Origin: Ylistrum balloti
Taxonomy: Eukaryota
NCBI RefSeq assembly: GCF_031769215.1
Contig: NW_026782034.1
Span: forward strand, 434,001 to 498,000
Direction: 5' to 3'
DNA: 64,000 bases
Position numbers and translations under genes: made by a program. The first letter of the stretch is position 1. Every line of letters begins with the position of its first letter. Positions 14,501 through 29,500 of this stretch are shown piece by piece. The notes beneath the pieces were generated by a model. It saw nothing but the letters and a program-made list of their open reading frames with translations, made no database searches and had not been told where the DNA came from.

Positions 14501-17500
14501 CTTTGAAGGGTACAGTTACACCTGCTCACTTTTAAGTCAGTTTTATTGTTTTAAGGTTTTACTGTTTTCGGAAATTTTATGTGTGTGTTCTAGTGTGTGT
14601 AAGGAAGATGGGGTTAGATTCTACATTATCAACACTCAGAATCTACAGTTTAGAAATGTCTTCAAAGATCATCTAAAGAAATTCTAAGTGTAAAACCAAT
14701 GAGAACCTGCAACAGCCAGAGTAGGTGAACACCAGCCAAACACTGGAGACAAAGTCAGTGTTTGATAACTCAAAATTACTGTAAAATTAAATCAAGTTTA
14801 CATAAACTCTAATTAATAGTCTGACACAGACATGGTACTCTCTTGTAATACTACACGTGTTTAAGGTCATGATTCAAGGCCACTTACTCTCTTGTAATAC
14901 TACACGTGTTTAAGGTCATGATTCAAGGCCACTTACTCTCTTGTAATATTACACATGTTAAAGGTCATGATTCAAGGCCACTTACTCTCTTGTAATACTA
15001 CACATGTTAAACGTCATGATTCAAGGCCACTTACTCTCTTGTAATACTACACGTATTTAAGGTCATGATTCAAGGCCACTTACTCTCTTGTAATACTACA
15101 CATGTTAAACGTCATGATTCAAGGCCACTTACTCTCTCTCTTAAGGTCATGATTCAAGGCCACTTACTCTCTTGTAATACTACACGTATTTAAGGTCATG
15201 ATTCAAGGCCACTTACTCTCTTGTAATACTACACGTATTTAAGGTCATGATTCAAGGCCACTTACTCTCTTGTAATACTACACATGTTAAACGTCATGAT
15301 TCAAGGCCACTTACTCTCTTGTAATACTACACGTATTTAAGGTTATAATTCAAGGCCACTTACTCTCTTGTAATACTACACGTATTTAAGGTCATGATTC
15401 AAGGCCACTTACTCTCTTGTAATACTACACATATTTAAGGTCATGATTCAAGGCCACTTACTCTCTTGTAATACTGTACGAAGTTACAATGTCTGTATTT
15501 CAAGATTACTCATTCCTTATAATACTACAATTTTTAAAAGTTGTTATTCAGAGTCACTAACTCTCTTGTAATACTTCACTTACTTAATCTCTTGTCATAT
15601 TACAAGTTTTCAAAAATTGTTACCATTGATCAGAGTCACTTAATCTCCTATAATCCTACAAGTTTTACAAGCTGTAATTTAAGGTTACTTAATCTTGTGT
15701 TATGCTACTGGTTTTAAAACCTGTAATTCAGTCACTTACTCTCTTGTAATACTACAAGTTTTAAAACCTGTAATTCAAGGTTACTTAATCTCTCGTCATA
15801 TTAAGTTTTAAATGCCGTACTTCCGTGCTCTAGATCATGCATCCTACAAATTCTCTTATTATTAACTTACCCTCATATCCTCTAAGTGAGTCTGGACACA
15901 TTCTGCCCGGGCATTCTGATCAGCACCTTGGACAGAAAAGCTCCCAATGTACTGAAATAACAATAAAAACCTCACATCACTACAGAATTCTTAATATTGT
16001 TTTAGTATACCAGTGATGTGCTAAACATAGTATTTGTTTATATGGGATATTTATATATAATAGAGCTCTCCCTTAATTCTACATATATATTTATTGGACA
16101 CAAGTTAGTGTATTTTCCAGATTATCAGTCACTGCTTTTTTCCTCTGCAGTCAGATGAGAGGCTTATATACCAGTGCAGCTTATACACCAGTGCATCTTA
16201 TATTTGGACGAAAATAAAACCAGCAGAATGAAAAAATAAATAAAAAATGGAACATATCATCTGGACATCAGTTCCAGACTGTTATCTATTTTGGGACAAC
16301 CAATTTGTCACCTGCACTATTTACCTGCGTGACCTAGCACCTTGATAATTTTAGTTGTAACATGTCACGCTTTAAGTTAGGATATAAAATAGTGATTAAA
16401 AACAAGCATACAAGTACAACAGCAAGAGTACAAGTACCTGTCTATCACATGTTTGTGACTGAAACCGAATGTCTAGAACTGTCATTTCCTACCATGATGA
16501 TTTTAAGATTGAAATAAAGATAACGTTCTCATGGATTTAATTAATCAAGCCCTTAAATATGAATCACAATAACATCTTCTGAACTTTCGTAATTGCTTTG
16601 GAAGCCAAAGTAGAAGTTTACAATAGCATGTTGCATCCTGGGCTTGAAAGGTCATCAGATCAAATTCTGGAACGACTGCCATGCTTGTTTACGATAAGAA
16701 TGGCTTCATGTGACTTACAAGAAATAATAAGTGACTGTAAAAATTTTGTCAGCATGCAAGGGCCTTCGCTTATATTTAACAGTACAGACACTGATGGAGA
16801 TATCAAGTAAACCATACATTACGTCAGGCCCTATATCTGTGCATAGAAGGCTCCCAAGCAAAACAAGTTCGATAATTGCTATTTTACTTTTTTGAAACAC
16901 ATCAATAAAATGAAGGATCATTGATGAATAATTCATTTGCAAACTTATATAAAATGTTTCAATGACGATCTTGATAAATTGCCTTCCGTTGTCGGTTACA
17001 TCAACAAACTTTGGTCAACATAACGGCTACCACATCGTAGAAAGAAAGGGGCTTATATTTTGGTGCCTCTTATATGTGGATTTAATCAAAAACCTACTAA
17101 AAACCAGTCCTGCATCATATACTCAGGTGTGGTTTATAGCCCAGAAAATATAATACATTTTTTTCATATTTTTCCCCAACCACTGCACCAACCAAGCATC
17201 TCTACAGCATTGATTTCTAATACGTCCGATGTATCTTCACTGCTATCCAGCAGCTATATTTACCGGGTATATTTATTTCTGAATCATATAACTTCCTTCT
17301 TGTACCTTTAAGTCATCCATAGGTTTCAACTTAAATAATTAGCTCACATGTCCGCAATATTTCGGGGATGAAGCTCAACTACATTTGTGAAAAAATATAA
17401 CCTTGACCAATATCATACATATCATATGGGTAAAAATCTATAAAATACTCAAAGACTTCTGATCACCCAGAGGCCCTGAAATCAAGAAATATGCAAGGCC

Positions 17501-20500
17501 AGAATGTTCAAGGATAAAATTTAACTAAGTTTGCAAAATGAAATGGCCTTGACCCATATTCCAGTCCAGAGAGGTCAAATTTGTTAAGACTTTCAAACAA
17601 CTTCTTCAGATGAAACAAAAGATCTAGAACTATGATATTTGGGCAGCATGTTTCATGGTTTATACCAGATAAATTTGGACAAAAGCAATTACCTTGATTT
17701 GTATACATGTATAAGGTCACAGCAGCCACATTTGTCATATCACCCTAAATAATTCTTTGATATGTACAGCCCAAGAATCATGTTTCTCCAGAAGCTGGAT
17801 TGTACGAGTGTTACCACCTTAAAAGAAAACAAGTTACCTTGACCTATATTCAAGGTCAAAAAGCATACCTCTGTACTGAAATGTCCAGATAGTTTGAATA
17901 AGACAGTGGAAATAATTGTTTAAAATGAATAATGTTTCAAGTCCACGGTTTTAGCATGATTGTTTTAAAGTTTGTATAAAGAAATTTGAAACAATGATTC
18001 TTAATTATGTAAGACAAACTGATGACAATTAAACTTTTGATCACCAGGTGAGCAATAACAGCCCCATGGACCTCTTGTATCTACCATTATCTCATCCACA
18101 ACTTAAGACCTTGTTACTAATGGAAACAATTGTAAAGTAACCCCTTATTTCCCCCCTTATATATCCCTCACTGAAGCTATTCAATAAATATCCCTTTTTT
18201 TGCCCCAATCTTATATTATTTTGCATTCCTAAATTCATGTGTGATAAAATACCATAAATTATCCATAAAGCTCACCTACTAAAAACTTCTGAAACTGCAA
18301 GTTACTCAACACCGTTATTCCCTTTTACAACACTGTATAAGCTAGAGCAGTTGGCCTGAGGATAACTTTAAAGTTATCCCTTGTTGGGCCCCTTTTCCAC
18401 CTGTTGCTGAAGACTTTAGTCACCAGACAGTTTCAGTGTAAAGTTAATTCAGTGATGATATCTCTATACCTAGGGATTACATCTTGTAAATGTCAGACAG
18501 CAAGTAATACTGCCCAACTCTCACATTCATCTTTTTTATCTTGACAGATTTAAGTATCCTTTTTAACATATAACAGTTTCTACAGGACAGACTCAACAAT
18601 AAAATAAAGATAAAGGACAAACCAATATGTCTGGTAAATATACATCACAAAATGGTATGCATGTGCCTTTAAAATTACTCAAATTTATTTCAATAGGAAC
18701 CAAGGCTATACATTTTTTACTTCTAACTCCTTTGAGAATGGATCTCTTATCATATCTCAGAACGATGTGAAGATACAGATGTATCAGGACGAGCCTTTAA
18801 CAAACGTGGAATGGTTTCCTCATAGAAGCAAGTGCCAAAGTGTTATTATTATGGATTTTTTTTCACAGGCCCTGGTAATGTAAAAATGTGTTTACATGTA
18901 TAGCAGAGAAATTGTTAACAGGCCCTGTGGAGGTATAACTTGTTTATTAAAGAATATTTTTGATACCTTGCCATGATGCTGAATATTGTTGTAAATGACT
19001 GGTTTTTTGGTGATTTACGGTTTTGAGTAAACCACATGGCCAGCTATGTAGATTTATAAAAGCTTAAAAAGACATAAGCAATCATTTACATTCCATTATC
19101 ATTTCACATCAAGTATGTCAAGGGCTTCCACTTAATAGATAGCAGTTCCACAATACCTAAAGTATTTCGTCACAGCTAAAAATACCAAACTCTATCTATA
19201 TTACCGGTACATTAAACAATGTCCTTCTGGCATTAAACTTTCAACAATTTCATGATAAGCATTTTTTTCACTAAACAGTCCTAATTTTATATCATCAGTG
19301 CAAACAAAAATATGAACAGGTCACAGAATCATTACATCAAAAAGTACACTTTAGTTAGTATAGAAAATAGTTGTCTCTTTCATAAATAAGTAAACACATA
19401 TTATTTTTTTTAGTATCAAGACACTTATGTTATTTTATAGTGATAACAAAGTGACATGACCTTTTTTCCACTAACAAGTTATCTCTTCAATGCATTCTGA
19501 ATACTGAAGGCACCAACCAGTGACATGTAACTGCCAACAAATACCATGATATTGCCCTGTAACAAGCCAAACTCCCTTTTTAGGGGTTGATTGTTGGACA
19601 CCCTGGAATACTGCAGTATAATCACAGGGTACAATGTTTTATCTGATAATCCTACCCTCTATTGTGAGGTTCAGTGTTGAACCTCTTGGCTTTACTGCCG
19701 TATAAAATCTGACATTTTATTTTATCTAATAAGCCAATCCCCTTACTCAGCAAGGTTAAAAATGTGTTACTCCTTGACTTACAGCAGAAACACTATGTAA
19801 TTTACCTAATAATTACCCCTGGTAATCAAACCTGCCTCTATATGTGCATTCACAGTTCTGGGAGCAACAGATTGGTTACAAGAAACCCAAAAATTATTTT
19901 TACTTTATTATTATTTCAAATACAACATCAAACAGTCTTTAACTCTCTACTTCAATACACTCTGAAACTGAAGAACTAGCTGAAATTTTTTTTTGCATTC
20001 AAATTGCGTTCTATTAAGCACAATATTTATTGGGTGTAAGTCAGCAAATTTGCTCATGAGGTTGATACAGTCATAAATTATTCAGTCCTAATTGATCACA
20101 TGCTTTAGAAATCTTTGAAATTTTGTATCAAAATGTATGTAAGCATCCTTAGCAATTTCTGATAATTAACCTTAGAATGTTTTGTTGAAGGTCTAGAATT
20201 ATGGTCTGAAGTTAGTTCTGTTAATCATGGAAGTCCCTGCAGTCATGACAATAATGATGTGTGTACCAGAATTTGGTGACCTACATTACTAACATATCAG
20301 TCTTCATTCCAATTTGAATGCAATCTGGCTTCCCAATTAGAACGACAGAACAAGAACTTGGCAATTACTGGAGCTTTGTTTGCAAATTGAAAACTATTTC
20401 ATATTAATTTGATTACCGTAAAAAATCTGTAGAGAAATTTTTATAATTTCAATCCAGATAGCGGTAATTTCAATCTGAAGACAGAATATGCATTGATTTT

Positions 20501-23500
20501 TTTTTCTGTATGTCTTCGACGGCAATATTAGAAGATAATGAAGCAGTGGTTGTATGGCGAGGGTTAAATTTTGCACAATCTACATTCTAGTAGATTTAGA
20601 GAAAATTAGATCTACGTTTCCATTTAGCGTAACTACCCCTGTTTGCTTGGAATGTTATATATATGAGTGCAAATGAAATTTGTGTGCATATCTCCCTCCC
20701 TGATTAACTGTGGAGGCTGGAGTCTTGTCTCACCAGTCTGTCATGCTCCATAGCCTGGTAGATGTGTACTACTGGTAAAATCTAATATCAAGTTGTATTA
20801 GTGTTTTACTGTCATCAACTTCACACTCTTTTCCTATTACTCTCATTGGAGACACAATAAATCAATGACTTCAAATCAATTTCGGGATGTGACCTTATCT
20901 AGACAAACTATAATTAGTTATAAGTTACTGAACTGATCCAAACTATTTTATCTCAGGAAGATCTATAGTAGTCCTCAATAGAATTATTGGACTTGGGAGT
21001 AAAGATTCTCACAAGATCGAAGATTCAGATTCATCGCAAGTACTGTAAATGTTGTTAATTTAAGAAAGATTCTATTTTCGCGATTTCAGAGCTACAAAAA
21101 ATTCACGTGAAGAAAGATAATTGATAATAAAATTGAAAATTGAATCTTAAATATGTTAAATGATTTGAGTAAAAAAGCAATCCTTTTTTTCTTTAAGCTT
21201 TTGGTTTAACTGTGAAAATATGATCCAACAAAAACAAAAGTAACTCTTATACTCTTATATTACTAATGTATAATGTAGACAACAGTTACATCACTGTTGT
21301 ATAACACATGTAGACAACAGTTACATCACTGTTGTATAACACATGTAGACAACAGTTACGTCACTGTTGTATAACACATGTAGACAACTGTTACATCACT
21401 GTTGTATAACACATGTAGACAACTGTTACATCACTGTTGTATAACACATGTAGACAATTGTTACATCACTGTTGTATAACACATGTAGACAACGGTTACA
21501 TCACTGTTGTATAACACATGTAGACAACGGTTACATCACTGTTGTATAACATATGTAAATAACTGCTAACTAGTTGTATTTTGTGCTTTTTCTACTGACT
21601 GTTACCATAGCGATATTAAATCCCCTACACATATTACAAACTATACCGTAAGACACTGACAATAAACTAATTTACAGTGAAATAGCTTAGGTACAACATA
21701 TCTACTCAATTTGTCTACGTCATTTATATATGACATAATTAGCCAACAGTATGTTATTAGTACAATGAGCATTCCAAGTGGCAGCCATTCACCGAGGACT
21801 CTCATATACCATGAAGACCACACAGATGAAAGCTATTTACTAATACTGTTTACATTTCATCAATTATCAGTTTAAACATATGAAAATTATCTGATATGCA
21901 GGCATGTTAATTCTTCTCTAGATGTATCTATACAAGTGATTTCAATCAAAAATTTATATTGCCGAGAATGTAGGGATAGATAATATATTTAAATAGTGTC
22001 TATCTTTCCCTTGTGTAAATTGGTCCTGAAATAATGTTGGGCATGCTCCAACAAAGATATGTATGTAAAGCTAGGAGTAGAAAGGTTCTATCACCATCAA
22101 CACAAAGAGATGATACGCTAACAATTACGTTGAAATGTGGATGACTTCCCCCAAACCTCCTTAATTCAATGAGAAAAGAGGATCAAATACCGTTATTCTT
22201 CTTCCAAGCTGATTAGTTTCTTGACCGTAAGGTTGACCACTAAGGGTGTTTGACCTACTGGACAAAGACAGTCTTACTCCCTTGCGTCTAGTGCTTAACG
22301 TCCTTTGTTAGAGTTTGTGTGTTATTGTGTAAACTCATTGATCGCTTAGTCATCTTAGAATCTGTCCCCAGTCAGTTTACGTCAGTCACGTCCGATAGCT
22401 CTCCCTGCACTGTTGTAATCACCATCACAAATATGGTTGTTTCTAAACAAGATTAAAGAAAACTCTGATGAAGCAACTACATGAATTTCATCAGTAAGGA
22501 TCTTCTTCAACAGACATTCAAAAAGCTTATAATATCCATTTTTCATACATAAATTTGTCGCAGTATCACTCTACTACTTAATCAATAAAGTTAAAAGAAT
22601 TGAAGACATCATCACCGTTAACAAGCTGTGTATACAGGTTTACTGGCATCAGAATATGGCTGTTGTTGTAACAACTTCAAACTTGTGCCCACTTTGTCTG
22701 TTCTATATGTGGGTATTTTGTGATTGGTTTCCATCAGATTCTCTTCCCAAATGTGTGTACTAGCCGCTCTACAATCTATACACATAACATGATAAGTGAG
22801 ATGTGATATTTTCATGAGAACAAAAAAAGTGCCCTCATAACAATGAATGTAATGTTACAATTACTGCTATCAATTCATCTCTCTCTTCTCTCAACTCCGA
22901 TACTCAGCCGCCATTCCTCATATCCACAATAGAATTGGTTATCAGTTTGACAATGCTGATACTTGACAAACACATAGGGGTACAATATCATTTACACAGA
23001 AGTTACCATATCACCTGTAAATAGTAAATAGAGACATCAATTCCATCTTTGGATCTTGTAACTATTTTGCTATCACAGCATTGTGAGTGGTGTATCAGTG
23101 GGACTGGGACAATCATTCCAGTATTTACGGTAACTTCAGAATTCAACAGGTGAGTGGTGTAACAGTGGGACTGGGACAATCACTTCAGATATAACAGGTG
23201 AGTGGTGTAACAGTGGGACTGGGACAATCATTCAAGTATTTACTGTAACTTCAGAATTCAACAGGTGAGTGGTGTAACAGTGGGACTGGGACAATCATTC
23301 CAGTATTTACGGTAACTTCAGATATAACAGGTGAGTGGTGTAACAGTGGGACTGGGACAATCATTCAAGTATTTACTGTAACTTCAGAATTCAACAGGCG
23401 AGTGGTGTAACAGTGGGACAGGAACATTCATTCAAGTATTTACTGTAACTTCAGAATTTAACAGGCAAGTGGTGTAACAGTGGGACAGGAACATTCATTC

Positions 23501-26500
23501 AAGTATTTACTGTAACTTCAGAATTCAACAGGTGAGTAGTGTAACAGTGGGACAGGAACATTCATTCAAGTATTTACGGTAACTTCAGAATTCAACAGGT
23601 GAGTAGTGTATCTGTGGGACTGGGACAATCATTCAACAGGTGAGTGGTGTAACAGTGGGACAGGAACATTCATTCAAGTATTAACGGTAACTTCAGAATT
23701 CAACAGGTGAGTGGTGTAACAGTGGGACAGGAACATTCATTCAAGTATTTACGGTAACTTCAGAATTCAACAGGTGAGTAGTGTAACAGTGATTTGATTC
23801 CTTCAGGGCATTTCCTAGTATGCTGAATTGTATATGTTGTGTCTTGTTTAACTCATACAATACGCATCACATAGTCTACATAGGTTAGTGTAAATTTAAG
23901 ACTTCAATACCGAAACATGAAATAATTTTTTGAAATCAAAAGAATTGAAATCAAATATAAAGTCATTACAACGTCTTGCTGGTAATTTATATTTGCTATT
24001 ATTTTCAAATTGTAATCAAGCCATGAAAGGTAAAAAAATTTTTTCTAAATTTGTGAACGGACAGAGAAAAACAACACATTGACTGGTTAGTGCCCAGACA
24101 GGAACCAAACCGTCTCTGGCATGAAAATTCCAAAGCTATTGAGCCAAAGAAGCATGCTCTGTCAGCTGAGTGACAGAGATTGTATTTATTTAATACTTGG
24201 AAGTCACACTGACCCGCTCCATTTACAAATTATTGAGCAAAACCACCAACTGTTGAATAAAGATCTAGAGCACAATGACCTCTAATACATGTATTGAACT
24301 CTATACCAAACTCACAGGTAAGAGGACAGCCATTTATTTTATGAATCAGACCTGATAATGAGTCTGACCATGCCTTCTAGTCCGATCTGAAAAATATCCT
24401 ATCAATAAATATGTTTAAAATGTTTGTTTCCTGGGTTTTTCATATTAGACCATCCTTATAAATCTTTATGACAACTCCAAAAGAAATGAAAATGAAATTT
24501 AAAAATACAGATAATTCATATACATCTAATTTGAAAATAAGAAACATTTCAGCTAACCAATTTCCCCAGTGTTACAACTATTTCTATACTTATTTTTTAC
24601 AAATATAGCTCCCCATGTTGTACAAACATGATGTCTGTTACAACCGCTTTCACCCATCCATCATAGTTTCTCCGTCACATCAATATTTATAATGCCCTTA
24701 TAATCACAGAGCTGCTGACTATGAAATTCTACCATTTATTTTGTAACTTCATCCATAATACATTTGGTCCAATAGTTTCTCTCTGATATAGGAGGGGAGA
24801 AGATTTATAGATTTGTTAATAATAGTTATAAAAATGTCTATGATACAAATGTATCGAACCATAACAGAGGCACTGATGCCGACTGATCTGTGTTTACAGG
24901 AACACTTACAGAAAACAAGACAAAGGACGTTATTGGGGAAGAAACTCTGAGATCATAATCTCTAACATAACATGGCAGAGAAATATCTGCAGCCATCTTT
25001 CATTTATAGTCTCTTTTCATCCTTGTTATCTTACTTATATTTCATTAATTATAATAAATAACTGAAGTGTAAAAATATACATATTGAAATAATGGATATC
25101 AAAACAAACAAGTTAATTATCAATTCTATTGTACACTGTGTTATTTACTGAAATTTTCTGAAATGAATAAGTATAATGAATTTCATGACGACACTACATA
25201 AGTATTAGTTTTTTATCTCTATGTTGCTAATATGATGTCTTTAACTTTAATGCACCTAAATACCTAAAAGTATAAATAGATAGGTTTTACATGTGTGTTG
25301 ATGTAATATGGGATTAACCTAACAAGTTCAATAATTTGATTTGTCACTTAAAGGCTCTTGGCTTATTAAATCATTTAACTTGTTAAATACATTTCATTTT
25401 ACATTGACACAAATTTAAGATTCTATTTATCATATAACCCAAATTTTTAAAAGATAAGCAAAAACTCTTATAAATTTGCCTACACGAATGGCTTGGTTCC
25501 ACTTACAGATATCCTTTTTCACTATCAAGACAACCAAGTGACGTCATAAAAGATATGACTTATTTATGACGTTACAACAGTGGTATAAACATGTGTCTTA
25601 TGACATTGCCACATGATATGACATAACAGGTCAGAAATGTGATAGATACGCTGTACCTAATGTAAAGGATTTACGTGACATGTAACCATTTATCAGTAGT
25701 CACTAATTTATGATACAATAACTTTTACTATAAACACATGTTAACTGTCATCTGGTTGCTGTGTGATATGTTATTATTATTTGCAGACAACACATGTCTG
25801 TCTACCATTCTAAAACAAGCACAGTACTCCCTAAAGGACAGAAAACTATCAATGCGTAAAACCTTAATTCAATTGGCTCTATAACCATCTTTACATATTG
25901 TACGGATGTTCCTGGCTGAAAAACCGATCTCGAGGGAACCTGATCTATCGCATTCGGGCTGAACAAATTCGGCATCTTCTCCTACATCCGTAAAGTTATT
26001 TAAGGTTTCTCTTTAATTAAAATTATATGCTTTTGTGTTAATCCTGCAATAACTCCAGGAGGCCAACACAATTCCTCTGAGTCAAAGTCATGGGCTTATT
26101 ACAGGACAATAATGCAAGGGTGCCAACATATTACTTCTGAGTTAAAATCTGGGTCTGGGCTTATCACATGACGATAAGCCCAGGGCCTAACACATTACTT
26201 CTGAGTCAGTTCAGGGGTTGGGCTTATTACAAGACAATAATCATAGGGGACCAACACAATACTCCTGGGACTTGGATTATCACAGGAAAATAAGCCCAGG
26301 TACCAACACATTACTCCTGGGACTGGGATTATCACAGGAAAATAAGCCCAGGTACCAACACATTACTCCTGGGACTGGGATTATCACAGGAAAATAAACC
26401 CAGGTACCAACACATTACTCCTGGGACTGGGATTATCACAGGAAAATAAGCCCAGGTACCAACACAATACTCCTGGGACTGGGATTATCACAGGAAAATA

Positions 26501-29500
26501 AGCCCAGGTACCAACACACTCTGAATCAAAGCTATGATCTGAGCTTATAGCCAGGAAAATACAGCATAGTCCTCTCTTGTGTACATATGTAAGTACTGAT
26601 AGATCTATTTTAACAGTTTAACATAGCAGAGTCAAGATTTACACGGCAGAGTTGTTAAGGAAGCTAAACACATTAATATGCTTCTAGAAAACCTGTTTTT
26701 TTTCTCCTGTACTTTTTCAGGAATCTGTCATAGTATTTCTTATGTTCATGTTTTGCTGTCGTTTCTGTGACTTTTATTTCAGATTTAAATTCGGTTCGCA
26801 TGTTGGTATTTTCTTTATTGTTTTAGAAAGGAAATGAAAGAAACAGCAGAAACATTGAGAAACAAGAATAGGAAAAGTATCAGTTAAAAAATATTTCATC
26901 CAGTGACAGTACGCTGGAATAATGATACCTCTTACATCATCATGCTTGTAGAAGTCAGGGAAAAACATGAAGGTTCCTAGCTACACACAAATCACCAATA
27001 AATCAGTGAGAAATTGATCCTCACAAAGTCTGCAACTAGAAACAATCCAATTTCAAGCATTGATCAGTTTTCTTCTTGTGGTGGCTGCTAACTTATAATT
27101 TGAACATACAAGATTGGGTTCAGTGAATTCCTTACCACTGAGATTACATTTGGTATCATTTTGCTCTAGACAGAGTCTTGTGTTACAACCACAAGTATCT
27201 TGTAATCTGTATGCTCATTCTAGTACCTTTATACCAAACAATAGTGATGAATTTCTGACAAATAAAATAATTTTCCTAAATCCATGATTATTAAAATATG
27301 CCACATTATTTTGGAAAAAGGTATAGTCTTATAATACAGGTAATCAATGTGGTGTTAGATAGTCTTCTATGATAAGGTAGTAGTGGACATTTCATGGTCA
27401 CCTTACCAGTCGATGTTTGTGGGAATTTCTCTTTAGCAGTAGAGTCCGGCTAGAGACTAAAAAAGGTCGTTAGTTCAAACCCACAGTGGCAGGGTGATTT
27501 TCATTACTCCTTCCTAGAGATTTGGTGTCATTCACCACTCCTAGGGTGTCATTCACCACTCCTGGGGTGTCATTCACCACTCCTAGGGTGTCATTCACCA
27601 CTCCTAGGGTCACTCCTAGGGTGTCATTCACCACTCCTAGGGTGTCATTCACCACTCCTAGGGTAGCAGCTATAGGAGAATGAGATGCTTCCTTGAAGAG
27701 TTCAAACCTGGTTTGTTGTTGTCGTTCAGATTGAAGACTTTGTGAAGAACAGAGTAGTACAGAATTTGATAGTTCAGGAATTTCCCTTTAAAATTAGAGC
27801 ATCCAGCTGGAGACCAAAGGGTCCCTTTTTGAACCTCCCTGTAGGGTAATCACTGAAATAACTTTTATTTTTACATCACAGTTTCATCAATATTAATTTC
27901 TTTAATAATACAAATTGTACTAATATCTTAATTATACTTTCAATTCTCATAACAACAAATCATTATTCATTGTTGGGTGATTAATTGCAATGCCAATTTT
28001 ACATGACAACTTTTCAGAATTATAGGAAGATCGTTTTGGTCTGAACTACCAGGCACGCTCAAGCACATGCAGACATGTCATTTCTCTATTGATTTCAGAG
28101 ATGTTTCACCATTGACCTCAAAAGACATTTAAAAAGTTTACTTTTTTAAAGTTACCTGAAATAATTGGTACAAAGAGGACCGATTCGTAAGTATATTTCT
28201 TCTTGATGAAACAATAACTTCCTTCAAATTTTTTTATTAACTTTCCTCGGATCTTTAGAGATTAAGTATCATTTAAGCTGCTCTAGAAAGTCAAGTTTAC
28301 AGTAAACTGCAACACTTTAAGTTTTACAGCTTGTAATTCCTTTTAATCGCAAATACCGTATCAGTTCTATCAAGCGCCCTGCGGTCATCAAAGCATACAT
28401 TTCATGCAGGAGAAATATAAGCAGTTGGATGGATAATCAGTCATTCAAGCTTTAAGATACTGAAGGCATTGGTGGACAATTATCCAGGAGGAAACAGTGG
28501 CATGGAAAAACATTTTAACATACACAAGACAGTCATATAGCCACTGTATAAAATTCTTCAGTCTTAAAAAAATTCAAAGAGATGACCATGGATGAACCCA
28601 AAGAACTGGTAGCATTATTAGGTTAACTACGATACTTAAGTTAGATCACCAAGAGCTTCACCGACTAGATTATTCTGTCTATCACACTTCCCTACCCATA
28701 AATCCCTCTGATTTAGTGATTATGGTGTAAGATACAGGTTGCCAAAATATGATGCCTATACATCAGCTGATAAGAAAAATTTCAAATCTTTACTGCATGT
28801 CTGTTTTGAAGCACACATGAACAGGACTTTCATCCTGTTTTGATGTGTTATTTAAAGTATAAGTCTAACCTGTAAGGCTATTAGAGATATTATCTTCCCT
28901 TGTTATAACGGGTTAGTTTACCCTTCACTGTAGAGTGTTTAAACAAAGTTATATAACAACACATTCCAATGTCATCAAAATATTGTCAGCATTAACACAA
29001 TGATGTGGAGTTTTTAAACCTTGTTGGAACTTCCAATCCAATCAAGGGATGCAGCACAAACACCTGATTAATACTGTTACCCAACACGATGCACTAGCTT
29101 GCACTAGCTAAATGTTTAACCAACTCCATTCTTACAGTATTCAAATGTTAAGTCAACTTCCTGCTAGCAAAAGAGCTACACATCTTGCAAACTTCCTGCT
29201 AGCAAAAGGGCTACACATCTTGCCAACTTCCTGCTAGCCAAAGTGCTACACATCTTGCCAGCTTCCCACTAGCAATATGGCTAGACATCTTGCCAACTTC
29301 CAGCTAGCAATATAGCTTGGCATCTTGCCAGCTTCCTGCTAGCAATATAGCTAGACATGTTGCCAGCTTCCTGCTAGCAATATAGCTAGACATCTTGCCA
29401 GCTTTCTGCAAACAATATAGCTAAACAGCCAATAGCAATAGCTAGACATGTTGCCAGTTTCCTGCTAGCAATATAGCTAGACATCTTGCCAGCTTCCTAC

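Noticed and set aside
16598-16810. 70-aa ORF as a decayed pogo transposase between the terminal-repeat-like relics
   Set aside because: No DDE or HTH motif can be recognised, and both relics face the same way.
26270-26520. Common origin of the 52-bp array (reverse strand gtcccaggagtaatgtgtt) and the 38/39-bp array (gtcccaggaatgtgtt)
   Set aside because: The similarity is limited to about 16 nt with a gap and the rest of the units do not align.
27470-27800. Minus-strand open frame with GVVNDTL repeats as an extra SH2D5-like exon
   Set aside because: The obvious upstream acceptor (about 27852) leads to stops in all frames, the open frame ends in a stop without a convincing donor, and the flanking exons already join in phase.
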